Below, in pieces: positions 8,851 to 17,710 of a stretch of 64,000 nt of DNA (its first letter is position 1; the number at the start of each line of letters is the position of its first letter). The stretch covers positions 149,859 through 213,858 of the forward strand of contig CAWBEI010000002.1 of assembly GCA_963787835.1 (NCBI GenBank), written 5' to 3'. Below the pieces are notes generated by a model. That model was not told the origin of the DNA. It saw nothing but the letters and a program-made list of their open reading frames with translations, and made no database searches. Both the position numbers and the translations under genes were made by a program. This DNA comes from Ignavibacteriota bacterium (GTDB lineage: Bacteria; Bacteroidota; Ignavibacteria; Palsa-1295).

Positions 8851-8869
8851 TGATTGATCCGATGGAGTT

Positions 8870-9469
8870 TTATTGAACGAAAATCAAACTATATGTCAAG
8901 GTAAGAGCATCGCCAACCTTCATCGTGCCAAGCATAAATGATGGGCGCTCGATACCATAATTCGAAAGTAATATCGGCACCGTACCGCTGCATGAAATAG
9001 AGCCATTCGAATTTACCGTCGCTAATACGATCAATGTGACCGGTTTCGTGACACCCGCAATCATAAGATTACCCAGCGCAGTTATTTTATACTTGCTTCC
9101 ACCCGATGAAGTGACCGTAGCGGATGTGAGCCTGAATGTAATGTTTGGGTTCCTATCTGCTTTGAGCGATTCATAAGCGTTGGAGTTCATTCCGTCGCTT
9201 TCGCTCTTGAGGTTATGGACCGGCAAACTGAGAGAAAGCGCGCTTATCGAGCTCAGTTGCTTGCTCGATGAAAGGCTCATCGTTGCATTGGCCGTGAACG
9301 AATTAGCTGTCATGGTCCAATTGTGCAGGGTCGAGGTCCCTGCGAGCGTCATTGCCGAATTGGAACCTATTTTATAGCTTGTTTGCGCATTCGATACGTT
9401 TGAATATACAATGCAAAGTATAAGAATAACGAGAAGGATCACCGCCTGTATTAAATTTCGGTCTTTCAT
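8870..9469 (-). CDS. YceI-like periplasmic protein (paralog 2)
   Basis: It is similar to 7136..7738 (…LHNWTMTANSF…VHNLKSE…). It has a signal peptide. Confidence 0.6.
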   Translation of the reverse strand: MKDRNLIQAVILLVILILCIVYSNVSNAQTSYKIGSNSAMTLAGTSTLHNWTMTANSFTANATMSLSSSKQLSSISALSLSLPVHNLKSESDGMNSNAYESLKADRNPNITFRLTSATVTSSGGSKYKITALGNLMIAGVTKPVTLIVLATVNSNGSISCSGTVPILLSNYGIERPSFMLGTMKVGDALTLTYSLIFVQ

Positions 9470-9526
9470 AATTTATTATTAGTTGTAATATTGAAGTGGA
9501 GTTTTAATACCTATTGAAATACTATT

Positions 9527-10294
9527 TTAACGTGCGGCATATCCGCCATCGATCACTAACTCCGAACCGGTCACGAACTTCGATTCGTCGGAGGCGAGGT
9601 AGAGGATCCCGAAGGCAATATCGTCCGGTTCGCCCAAATGACCGAGCGGATGCAATGCCACCAATGCCGCGCGGACTTCTTCCGCTTTGCCGTCTGTCTT
9701 AGCGAAATTCTCCACCATTGGCGTCCAAATAAATCCCGGATGCACCGAATTTACCCGAATTTTTTTCTTGGCGTAGGTCAGAGCATCGTTCTTGGTCATG
9801 ATCATAACAGCTCCTTTTGATGCATGATACGGCGGGACATCTGCGGCACCCACGAGACCGTAGATCGAGGAAAGATTGATAATGCTGCCACTACCCACCT
9901 TCAGCATATATGGGATGGTATGCTTTGTGCAAAAGAACACGCCTTTGACGTTCACATTCATAACCTTATCCCATTCTTGCTCCGTAAGCTCGTGGGTTGG
10001 TTTGTCCACACCGATAATTCCCGCGTTATTCACGAGTACATCTATTCGTCCCCACTTTGCAGCAATTTCCCCAATTACTTTGGCAACTTGGCTTTCATTC
10101 GTGACATCCAAATGCCAAAAGGCCGCTTCACCACCAGCATTATGTATGGCATCGACGGTGCCATTTTCTTGGCTAACCGAGACATCGGTAACAGCGACTA
10201 TTGCGCCTTCCTGTGCCAAAAGAATGGCCGTTGCACGGCCAATGCCCAACGCTCCACCGGTTACGATCGCTACTTTATTCTTTACTCTGTTCAT
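9527..10294 (-). CDS. SDR-family oxidoreductase (real start MNRVKNKVAIVTGG)
   Basis: The TGGALGIGRA Rossmann motif and NNAG motif are present, together with a YxxxK active site (YHASKGAV). The ORF extends artefactually to 10348. Confidence 0.85.
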   Translation of the reverse strand: MNRVKNKVAIVTGGALGIGRATAILLAQEGAIVAVTDVSVSQENGTVDAIHNAGGEAAFWHLDVTNESQVAKVIGEIAAKWGRIDVLVNNAGIIGVDKPTHELTEQEWDKVMNVNVKGVFFCTKHTIPYMLKVGSGSIINLSSIYGLVGAADVPPYHASKGAVMIMTKNDALTYAKKKIRVNSVHPGFIWTPMVENFAKTDGKAEEVRAALVALHPLGHLGEPDDIAFGILYLASDESKFVTGSELVIDGGYAAR

Positions 10295-10335
10295 TATATT
10301 ATTTATAAAAAGTACTTCTATGACTACGCAGCAAA

Positions 10336-10400
10336 AATACGGTGGCAACCTTCAAAAAACGTTGCAAAATTTTGGAAAAGAGTTACATAATTCACACATT
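10336..10400. promoter_or_regulatory. conserved intergenic element copy 4 (core 10361-10400)
   Basis: It is ~65 bp 5' of the SDR start. Confidence 0.5.
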
Positions 10401-10443
10401 CTCATCTAAAGCCTTGAAATGGGTATGATGCCTTCCTTTTCAT

Positions 10444-10656
10444 CTACCAATTTGTCCGCCGCCGAACAGATTTTCGGACTTCCTCCTCACCCTGCTCTGA
10501 AAAAGTTCTTCGCAGAGCAAATCTCGTCTTCATCTGATGTTCAAGTAATGAGTGGATATCCTCATTCGAGATCGGATTCTCGTCCTTTTCGTGAGCGGTA
10601 TTACCATCCTGTGCCGGCGGTTGGTTTTCTTCAGTTTTTGATGGTTCGTTGTTCAT
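10444..10656 (-). CDS. hypothetical acidic small protein
   Basis: 70-aa ORF. Conserved element copy 5 lies ~125 bp upstream of it. Confidence 0.3.
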   Translation of the reverse strand: MNNEPSKTEENQPPAQDGNTAHEKDENPISNEDIHSLLEHQMKTRFALRRTFSEQGEEEVRKSVRRRTNW

Positions 10657-10781
10657 TGCGTTCAGGTTGATTGAAGAACACGCGTTATCGTATGTTCAAA
10701 AAGATTGAAGATTGCGCTCGCGTGGGTTATTGAAGCAATGTTAAACCCGTTGAAACAATCACGATTACTACAAAACAAAAT

Positions 10782-10843
10782 TACGGCAATGGCCTTCAAA
10801 AGAGGTTACAAAATTTTAGAAAAAAGTTACAAAATTCACACAT
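10782..10843. promoter_or_regulatory. conserved intergenic element copy 5 (core 10804-10843)
   Basis: It lies between the start of 10444..10656 (minus) and the start of the AI-2E transporter gene (plus). Confidence 0.5.
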
Positions 10844-10947
10844 TTGCTTTTCTGACAGCACTGGCTGTAACGAAGTGGAAATCCTTACTGTTGGAACCAT
10901 CCTAATCATTAGATAAAAAAATTCTTAATACCTAATCCCAATCTTTT

Positions 10948-12045
10948 ATGCTGACGGAAATAGCGGTAGCGGATCCAGTGGCAGACCTCATCGTGTTGCA
11001 ACCGCAGCAGCGACATTATCTCATTCCTATTGCTATTGCGAGCGTGGTGGTCATCGGAGTGCTGCTTCATTTTGTCAGCAATATCTTTTTGTCCATTATT
11101 ACCGCGCTGTTCCTGGCAAATATCTTTATGCCGCTCGTCAGCGGGCTTCGCACACGGAAGGTGCCGATGATAATCTCAATTTTATTGGTGCTGGCGCTGG
11201 TTGGCGGCTTGTTCTTTGGAATTGCAAAAATTATCGGCGTGACGGTTGAATCCATCATTCTCGTGATGCCGAAATACGAAGCAAAGTGGGAAAATGTATT
11301 ATTGCCCCAAATCGCGGGGATCCTTGGGAACATCTCCGATGGCATGAGGAAGCAAGCGATGGATTTTAATCTGACATCCCTTGTACCATCTAACGAGATG
11401 GGTTCAGCGCTTTCTTCCGCCACGAATCTTGTGAGCGGCTTTGCTATTATTCTTCTAGCGATGCTTTTTATTTTAGCAGCGAATGGCCAGTTTAAGAAAA
11501 AGATCGGAATAGCATTTCCGAAATCAGGTTCGTTACAACTCACGCAGATCATACAAAACATTGAACGAAGCGTTCGGCGCTATTTAGTTACAACACTGAT
11601 CCTGAACACTTTAGCCGCAGTCACAATGACCGTTGTTCTGCTTCTTTTTGGTGTCGATCTTGCGTTCCTGTGGGGCATCCTGACTTTTTTACTGATGTTC
11701 ATACCCACCTTTGGCGGATTATTTGCTATTGTACTGCCCGTCTTAGCAGCATTCCTGCAATTCGACACCGTAAGCACTCCGATTCTTCTTGCCATCACGG
11801 TGATCGTGACTCAACTTATGATCGGCAGCGTTCTTACTCCGCGCGTAATGGGTTCGACGCTCAATATTAGTCCCTTGCTTATTATTGTATCGATCATTTT
11901 CTGGGGATGGGTATGGGGACTGCTTGGGATGATCCTTGCCGTGCCGATCACCTCGACCATCGCCATCGTCTTTCAAAACATTCCCGCTCTTACGCCAATC
12001 GCGGTGCTGATGAGCACCGATCCGGGAAAAGTCCGTTGGTATTAA
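10948..12045 (+). CDS. AI-2E family transporter (PerM/TqsA-like permease)
   Basis: It is a polytopic membrane protein of ~360 aa whose pattern is typical of the AI-2E family. It is the only plus-strand gene in the left 14 kb. Confidence 0.65.
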   Translation: MLTEIAVADPVADLIVLQPQQRHYLIPIAIASVVVIGVLLHFVSNIFLSIITALFLANIFMPLVSGLRTRKVPMIISILLVLALVGGLFFGIAKIIGVTVESIILVMPKYEAKWENVLLPQIAGILGNISDGMRKQAMDFNLTSLVPSNEMGSALSSATNLVSGFAIILLAMLFILAANGQFKKKIGIAFPKSGSLQLTQIIQNIERSVRRYLVTTLILNTLAAVTMTVVLLLFGVDLAFLWGILTFLLMFIPTFGGLFAIVLPVLAAFLQFDTVSTPILLAITVIVTQLMIGSVLTPRVMGSTLNISPLLIIVSIIFWGWVWGLLGMILAVPITSTIAIVFQNIPALTPIAVLMSTDPGKVRWY

Positions 12046-13691
12046 AAACCAACAACCTTACCGATGGATTTACGGAGTGCTAACCATATGAATTGGAAGA
12101 ACTCTTCATCTCTCGAATAGATATAGGTGGTTGTTCCTGAGATCGCTTTGTTGTTCCCGTTATCGACGTTATTCGTGCGAAGCACAAACGTATTCGCAAT
12201 AAATGATTGAATGCCTTCGAAAATACCGCTGTGATCTTTGACTTTGGTTGTAAGCACATTCATTGAAACATCTTCATAACGCGGTGCGACCGTGGTTATT
12301 CCAGTTCCAGCGTGAACATCCATTTGTAATGCTCCGCCTAAACATTTTCCTTTCATTATCTCTTTTCGCTCGTTCGTAACGAGATAGGAGTTCAGAGACG
12401 TTACATCGAACGGCCCGACGGTTGCATCGATGTGAAGATCGAACTGCTTTTGATGTACCGGATACACAACCGTCCCCAATACTTTTCCTTGCCCCATAAA
12501 AAATGCACTGACCGCAAAATGCAGGGGCTCGCTATAAAGCGAACTTCTAGTATCGGTACAGAATGGATGCTCAATAACTCGGACTTGCGTAAACGTTAAC
12601 AAGCTTGCGTGGGTACTTCCCGTGACACGTTCCCGGTGATGAATCGTCCCCTTGTTGAAAATGATCGAATCGAGCGTGATGGGCGCTTTGATCGAACTAA
12701 TGACCACATTGGGCAATACTGCATTCGGAGGGTGCGGATTTTTCGGTTTGCGGAGATCGCCATAGTAGTCCACGAACCATGATTCTGCCTCCAGTGACCG
12801 GACATGAAGCCCACCGCCCGCGAGCAGCTTCGTGAAATTGATGCCGCGAATATGTAATCCGGTACATTGGAAATCCAGCCTTCCCTGGGCATATTGATGC
12901 AGATCGGCAAAGGCTTGTTCGCTATAATTGGGCTTGTACTCGAAACTATCGATCGTTACAAGCGAATCCGATAAACTACCGTGGATACCTCGAACTTCGA
13001 TAGAATATGTGCTATCGCCGATAGAATAGCTCCCGGTAGGGAGTTCAAATCCTGCATTCTTAGAGAACAGTGCCGATTCGCCAGCGTTGCGACTTGGATC
13101 GAGAGAAAAATCGGTTAGCCGGATCGTAATGTTTCGATAAGATGGCACCATGTCATTTCCGGATGTCTTCGGCAGGAACACACTAATATCACGTAAGACA
13201 ATACTATCGAACGAGATAACGGGCACATCCGAAAGCGCAAATTTCTTCGCTGCAACGAATTTTGGAATGCGTGGTAGCGTGATCCCCGTATCAATATCGG
13301 TCATGTATAGCTTTGGTGCGTTCAGCTCCAGGGTGCTCAAGTTCAAATCTTTTTGCCAGAGCACGTCCCACCAATCGATGCCTTCGAACCTCGCGCTATC
13401 GAGCGTGATCCGTTCGAGCACCACGCCATGCTCACCGCTATCGTAGGCGATGCGGTAAAGAATGAAGGTATTGCACTCCAGCGTGCCATGCTTGTAGAAG
13501 ATCTTATCTAAGGTAAGTGCAAACCTGCCGTGCGTTGATTTCAGCACAGCTTGTTCTATTTTTGGAATGACGGCTTTATTAAGTGTACTTTCAAAATAGA
13601 AGGTGAGAAAAACCCAAATTGCAAGCAACACCACAACAACGATCGAGCCGAACGTGTAGAGGATCGGCTTGAGTAGCGATCGTTTTTTCAT
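12042..13691 (-). CDS. AsmA-like / DUF748-type envelope protein
   Basis: It has a single N-terminal TM segment followed by a large beta-rich periplasmic region (549 aa). Confidence 0.4.
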   Translation of the reverse strand: MKKRSLLKPILYTFGSIVVVVLLAIWVFLTFYFESTLNKAVIPKIEQAVLKSTHGRFALTLDKIFYKHGTLECNTFILYRIAYDSGEHGVVLERITLDSARFEGIDWWDVLWQKDLNLSTLELNAPKLYMTDIDTGITLPRIPKFVAAKKFALSDVPVISFDSIVLRDISVFLPKTSGNDMVPSYRNITIRLTDFSLDPSRNAGESALFSKNAGFELPTGSYSIGDSTYSIEVRGIHGSLSDSLVTIDSFEYKPNYSEQAFADLHQYAQGRLDFQCTGLHIRGINFTKLLAGGGLHVRSLEAESWFVDYYGDLRKPKNPHPPNAVLPNVVISSIKAPITLDSIIFNKGTIHHRERVTGSTHASLLTFTQVRVIEHPFCTDTRSSLYSEPLHFAVSAFFMGQGKVLGTVVYPVHQKQFDLHIDATVGPFDVTSLNSYLVTNERKEIMKGKCLGGALQMDVHAGTGITTVAPRYEDVSMNVLTTKVKDHSGIFEGIQSFIANTFVLRTNNVDNGNNKAISGTTTYIYSRDEEFFQFIWLALRKSIGKVVGF

Positions 13692-13730
13692 TTTTGTAAC
13701 GGTAGGATTATTCAGCGAGTGGCTAATTTA

Positions 13731-13807
13731 CCACCAGTACAAAGATATGAAATTCAACCGAAAGACACGTTACAAAATTTTAGGAAAAAGTTACAAAATT
13801 CACACAT
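13731..13807. promoter_or_regulatory. conserved intergenic element copy 6 (core 13769-13807)
   Basis: It is ~75 bp 5' of the AsmA-like start. It overlaps the stop codon of the AraC gene. Confidence 0.5.
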
Positions 13808-14360
13808 TCTCAAGTCCACCCATCCTTTTATGCTTGATATTCTTAAAAAAGGTAGGAGTGAGTCCGGTGATCTTCTTAAATTGATTCGAAAGCGCTGCTA
13901 CGCTGCTATAATGAAGCCTGTACGATATTTCTGTGAGCGAAAGCTCGTCGTAAATAAGCAACTCCTTTGCTCGTTCGATCTTATGCTTGATAATGAATTG
14001 CTCGATCGTCGTGCCCTCGACTTCTGAAAACATATTGGCAAGATAGGTATAGTCGTACTTTAACTTTTCGGTTAGGTGATCGGACCAATTTATTCTCAGT
14101 GCTTCGTCGGAATAATGGATGGTTTCGATGATAACCTGCTTGATCTTTTCGATCAAAATAGCTTTCTTATCATCCATCAGCTCCAGCCCGGACCGTTTTA
14201 AGACACGGGTCAATTCGATGCGTTGCGCCGGAGATATAGGTCCTGGAATCTCCACTTCTCCAAGATCGACGGTGGTATAAGGAAGGCCGAGGGTTTCTAA
14301 CTCGGCGATCACCACCATCTTGCACCGGATGCTCACCATGTACTTAACGTACAGCTTCAT
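13800..14360 (-). CDS. AraC-family transcriptional regulator
   Basis: The C-terminal HTH_18 signature is present (…LTEISYRLHYSSVAALSNQFKKITGLTPTFF…). Confidence 0.85.
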   Translation of the reverse strand: MKLYVKYMVSIRCKMVVIAELETLGLPYTTVDLGEVEIPGPISPAQRIELTRVLKRSGLELMDDKKAILIEKIKQVIIETIHYSDEALRINWSDHLTEKLKYDYTYLANMFSEVEGTTIEQFIIKHKIERAKELLIYDELSLTEISYRLHYSSVAALSNQFKKITGLTPTFFKNIKHKRMGGLENV

Positions 14361-14431
14361 TCCGTTATTTAAATTATTATTTTACCCCAAGCCAAATACG
14401 AGTGGTTTGGTTCGCAGAAAGGCTGAGATGC

Positions 14432-14872
14432 TTAATTCTGGATCATATAGGCGCTCAACCCCTGGCGCAGCCGGTCGGGTATCCGGCGCGGGCGCAGCGA
14501 AGTCCGGCCAACCGTCACCAGAACGCAATGGCCGGTAACCAGCACTTCGCCCAATTTCCCTTTGACCGAATGTTTACGCGTGATCTCGAAGTGAAGTTCG
14601 ATCGAACTATTCCCGAGATGGGTCGCCCAAATTTCTGTGGTGAGCAAATCATCCAGAAACGCAGGCGCTTTGAAATCGCAATGAAATTGAGCGCGAACCG
14701 GATAGACGTCTAACTCATCGAATGCGCCGGAATAGGGCAGGCCCATTTCACGATACAGCTCCGTCTCAGCGATCTCAAAAAAGCGGACATAGCTGCCGAA
14801 ATAAATTATTCCCGCGTGATCGACATCCGACCAGCGAACTCGCTCCTCGATCGAAAAATGCTTTCCAGCCAT
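14432..14872 (-). CDS. acyl-CoA thioesterase (4HBT/YbgC hot-dog fold)
   Basis: The motif WSDVDHAGIIYFGSYVRFFEIAETELYREMG is present. Confidence 0.7.
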   Translation of the reverse strand: MAGKHFSIEERVRWSDVDHAGIIYFGSYVRFFEIAETELYREMGLPYSGAFDELDVYPVRAQFHCDFKAPAFLDDLLTTEIWATHLGNSSIELHFEITRKHSVKGKLGEVLVTGHCVLVTVGRTSLRPRRIPDRLRQGLSAYMIQN

Positions 14873-15333
14873 GTATTCTCGGTTGCTTTAAGTAAAAAGG
14901 AATCTTCGGCTAACAAAAAGATGGGATAAAAAAAACCCCGGGTGGTGAGAGTTACCCGAGGTCTGATTGAGTTGTGTTGTGTCTTCAAAAAGCCGGAGGT
15001 TGTCCCTAGACCCCGGCTAACTCTTATGCTATGAAGCTTATCTTCTGCTTTCTAACAAACGTTTACGCCCGATACGGATTCGTGTTACACTTTGGGTTGA
15101 ATTTCTGCGAAAATCTCCTGTTTTTTCTTTTAGAAGTGTTCAATAATGGACTCGTTATGGCATATTTGAGCAATTCCCGGGCCAATTCAGCTTGGACAGA
15201 CTTTTAACGTTTATCGTCAGTGCAATCACCCTGAATTCTACAATATCAGACACGCTTATTAACACGCGAACCTGAAAAGTGTTGCATTAAAAGTCATCTC
15301 TTTTGCAATATTATTTGAAATTAATATTCCCAG

Positions 15334-16878
15334 TTGTCTCTTTTCCAGGACGTGTTGGGAAATCGACAGCCCCCCATTGCTTCGAAGCACACTCTAAAAG
15401 AAGTGATTCAGAAAAGAGAGGCTTGCTCGCTCGGAATTCTCTCACCGATACAGAAGTTGTCGATCCTATTAGAGGATCAAACTATGGAACGAAACGGTCA
15501 TCCAACAGATACGAACGGGACGATGGAAGCACGCTGGTCTAATTCACCGGAATTGCGCGGCGTGGGAATCCCTCTGGCAAAATACAATTTCCCGAAAGAC
15601 CAGCGCCGGTTAGGCGGCGATTTCACCGTGGAGCAGAATGTCGGCCAACTGCTTCGATTTTTCCTCTTCGAGCGGAATATCCTTCGAGCGATGGCCGGCT
15701 GGGGAATGGGCACACCGGAGTTCGAAGTAAAGGTCGAGTTCGGGCGGCATATCTATTATCATGCAGAAGCAGGAATGAAGATCCGTACCCGGCTTACGGA
15801 ACTCCGCATGGCTGAAGAAACAACGGATAAGTTTCAGTCCGATGAGATCGCCGAGTTATTCAATGAGTTGATCCTTTCCGAAAGCCCGGCACACTTTGTC
15901 GCCGCATTATATGGAGTAGTGCTACCACATTTGAAACGGGCGTATCAGGAACATTCCGCACACACCGATCAGGTTGCGGACGCCCCAACGGTTCGGATCA
16001 TCCATCAGATCATGCCGGATTACGATGCGATGATAGCATGGGGTAAAGGTGCGATCGAAGCATATATTCAAGGCGGATACAACGAGGGCGGTCTGCACAA
16101 GTGGCAATATCACATCGAGAAGCTGCTACGCTCTTTTGGGGGAGTCGGCGGTTCTGCCGAACGTGGTAAACGGCCAGACTCACTTCGTTCTGCGGGCAAG
16201 CCGCCGTTCGAGCGCTCCTTCATCGCTACCCGCGATCCGCGCTTCGATACTTTTGAAGATACCTATGATTATCAGGTTGGCGATGATGGCCGGTTAGGCT
16301 ACGAATCAGAGTTCGACAAGACTCGCCTGAATCTCGTCCGGTCACAACGCGATGAAATGGACGCCATCGAAACGTTCGCAAATGTACTCTATGAGATCCG
16401 CAATGTGCCATTTGGATTCGATTACGATATTGCCCGTATCATCTGGGATGAAACGCGCCACACCGAACTTGGCCACAAAGCGATGGAAGCCCTCGGGTAT
16501 GATCCTTATGATCTCTTAAATCGCCTCATTGGTATCAAAGTACGCACAAAGTTACCGGCTGTGTATTCGCTGGCAGAGATCAATCTGTTCGGCGAGGCCA
16601 ACATTGTGCAGGAATGCCTCCGCTATGCCCGCGAAGCATACGAAAAGGGTGACGACCTGACGGGACGCCTCTTCGATTTCGTCAATGCCGACGAGCGTAC
16701 CCACATCAGCAAAGGCGTTCATTGGCTAAAGCATATCTTCAAGACCGATTCCGTGCAGGAGATCGAACAAAAAACGAAACAGATTGCCATCGACCGCCTG
16801 CTCGAACTCGGCATTATTGATCACGAAGTCGCGTTAACCATTTCGCACCGGGAACTGGCGAAAATCATTGGGGAATAA
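15334..16878 (+). CDS. ferritin-like diiron-carboxylate protein, large (start ambiguous: 15334, 15484 or 15523)
   Basis: Two E-x-R-H motifs are present (IWDETRHTELGH and NADERTHISKGVHW). The protein is helical. It is unusually long (~450-514 aa) for the ferritin-like superfamily. Confidence 0.55.
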   Translation: MSLFQDVLGNRQPPIASKHTLKEVIQKREACSLGILSPIQKLSILLEDQTMERNGHPTDTNGTMEARWSNSPELRGVGIPLAKYNFPKDQRRLGGDFTVEQNVGQLLRFFLFERNILRAMAGWGMGTPEFEVKVEFGRHIYYHAEAGMKIRTRLTELRMAEETTDKFQSDEIAELFNELILSESPAHFVAALYGVVLPHLKRAYQEHSAHTDQVADAPTVRIIHQIMPDYDAMIAWGKGAIEAYIQGGYNEGGLHKWQYHIEKLLRSFGGVGGSAERGKRPDSLRSAGKPPFERSFIATRDPRFDTFEDTYDYQVGDDGRLGYESEFDKTRLNLVRSQRDEMDAIETFANVLYEIRNVPFGFDYDIARIIWDETRHTELGHKAMEALGYDPYDLLNRLIGIKVRTKLPAVYSLAEINLFGEANIVQECLRYAREAYEKGDDLTGRLFDFVNADERTHISKGVHWLKHIFKTDSVQEIEQKTKQIAIDRLLELGIIDHEVALTISHRELAKIIGE

Positions 16879-16893
16879 TTGCTAAGGTTTGTC

Positions 16894-17706
16894 TCATTTC
16901 AAAATAGCCTCTAATCCTTTGCAGCCATTTTTCACGGCAAGGTCATACGGTCGATCACCCGCATCATCTTTCACATTCTTGTTCGCTCCATATTCCACAA
17001 GTAGGTGTGCTGCTGAAGTATCGCACTGCTTAGCGGCTTGGTGTAAGAACGTGTCACCATTCTCATAGTGTATAGACGGATTTGGTGTGGCACCAAACTT
17101 TAATAATATCTGAATAATTTGGAGATCGTTAGCGCGACGTGTGTCACCAGTAGTATCATGTTGTTCGATTTCGATATCCTTCTGCTTTAGTGTATTCATT
17201 CTGTGACTCTCGGAAAGAGCGAACCAGAGTGGCGTAATGTTATGTGGAGCAATAAAATTTGGATTGGCTCCATTGTTAAGAAGGAAGAAAATCATCTGAA
17301 TATTTCCTAAAAAGATCGACTGTATTAGAGGTGTTATACCAGACGAGTCTGGAAGATCCACACTCAGCCCGTGTTCAATTAGATATTTTGCGGCAATAAA
17401 TCTATTAATCGATACGCAGTGACCAATTAGCGATCCACCGAGAGTTGGGCAACGTGATTGAATATCAGCGCCGTGATTTAAAAGAATATTAATCATTAAA
17501 GTATCATCCTTATCTACTGCCCACTCTAAAGGACTGCTTCCGAACTGGTCTCGTTCATTTGGATTTGCACCCTCGTTTAGCAATTTTTCAACAAGCTGAT
17601 AATTTTGCCTGTTTATTGCACGATCAAGAAGCGGCGGCTCTTGCGAACGCGAACATACAGTACAGACTATGAGCAAGAAAAAACAAATAATAATTTGACG
17701 CATCAT
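16894..17706 (-). CDS. ankyrin-repeat protein with signal peptide
   Basis: Multiple ANK repeats are present (…GANPNERDQFGSSPLEWAV…LLNHGADIQ…). Confidence 0.8.
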   Translation of the reverse strand: MMRQIIICFFLLIVCTVCSRSQEPPLLDRAINRQNYQLVEKLLNEGANPNERDQFGSSPLEWAVDKDDTLMINILLNHGADIQSRCPTLGGSLIGHCVSINRFIAAKYLIEHGLSVDLPDSSGITPLIQSIFLGNIQMIFFLLNNGANPNFIAPHNITPLWFALSESHRMNTLKQKDIEIEQHDTTGDTRRANDLQIIQILLKFGATPNPSIHYENGDTFLHQAAKQCDTSAAHLLVEYGANKNVKDDAGDRPYDLAVKNGCKGLEAILK

Positions 17707-17710
17707 TGTA

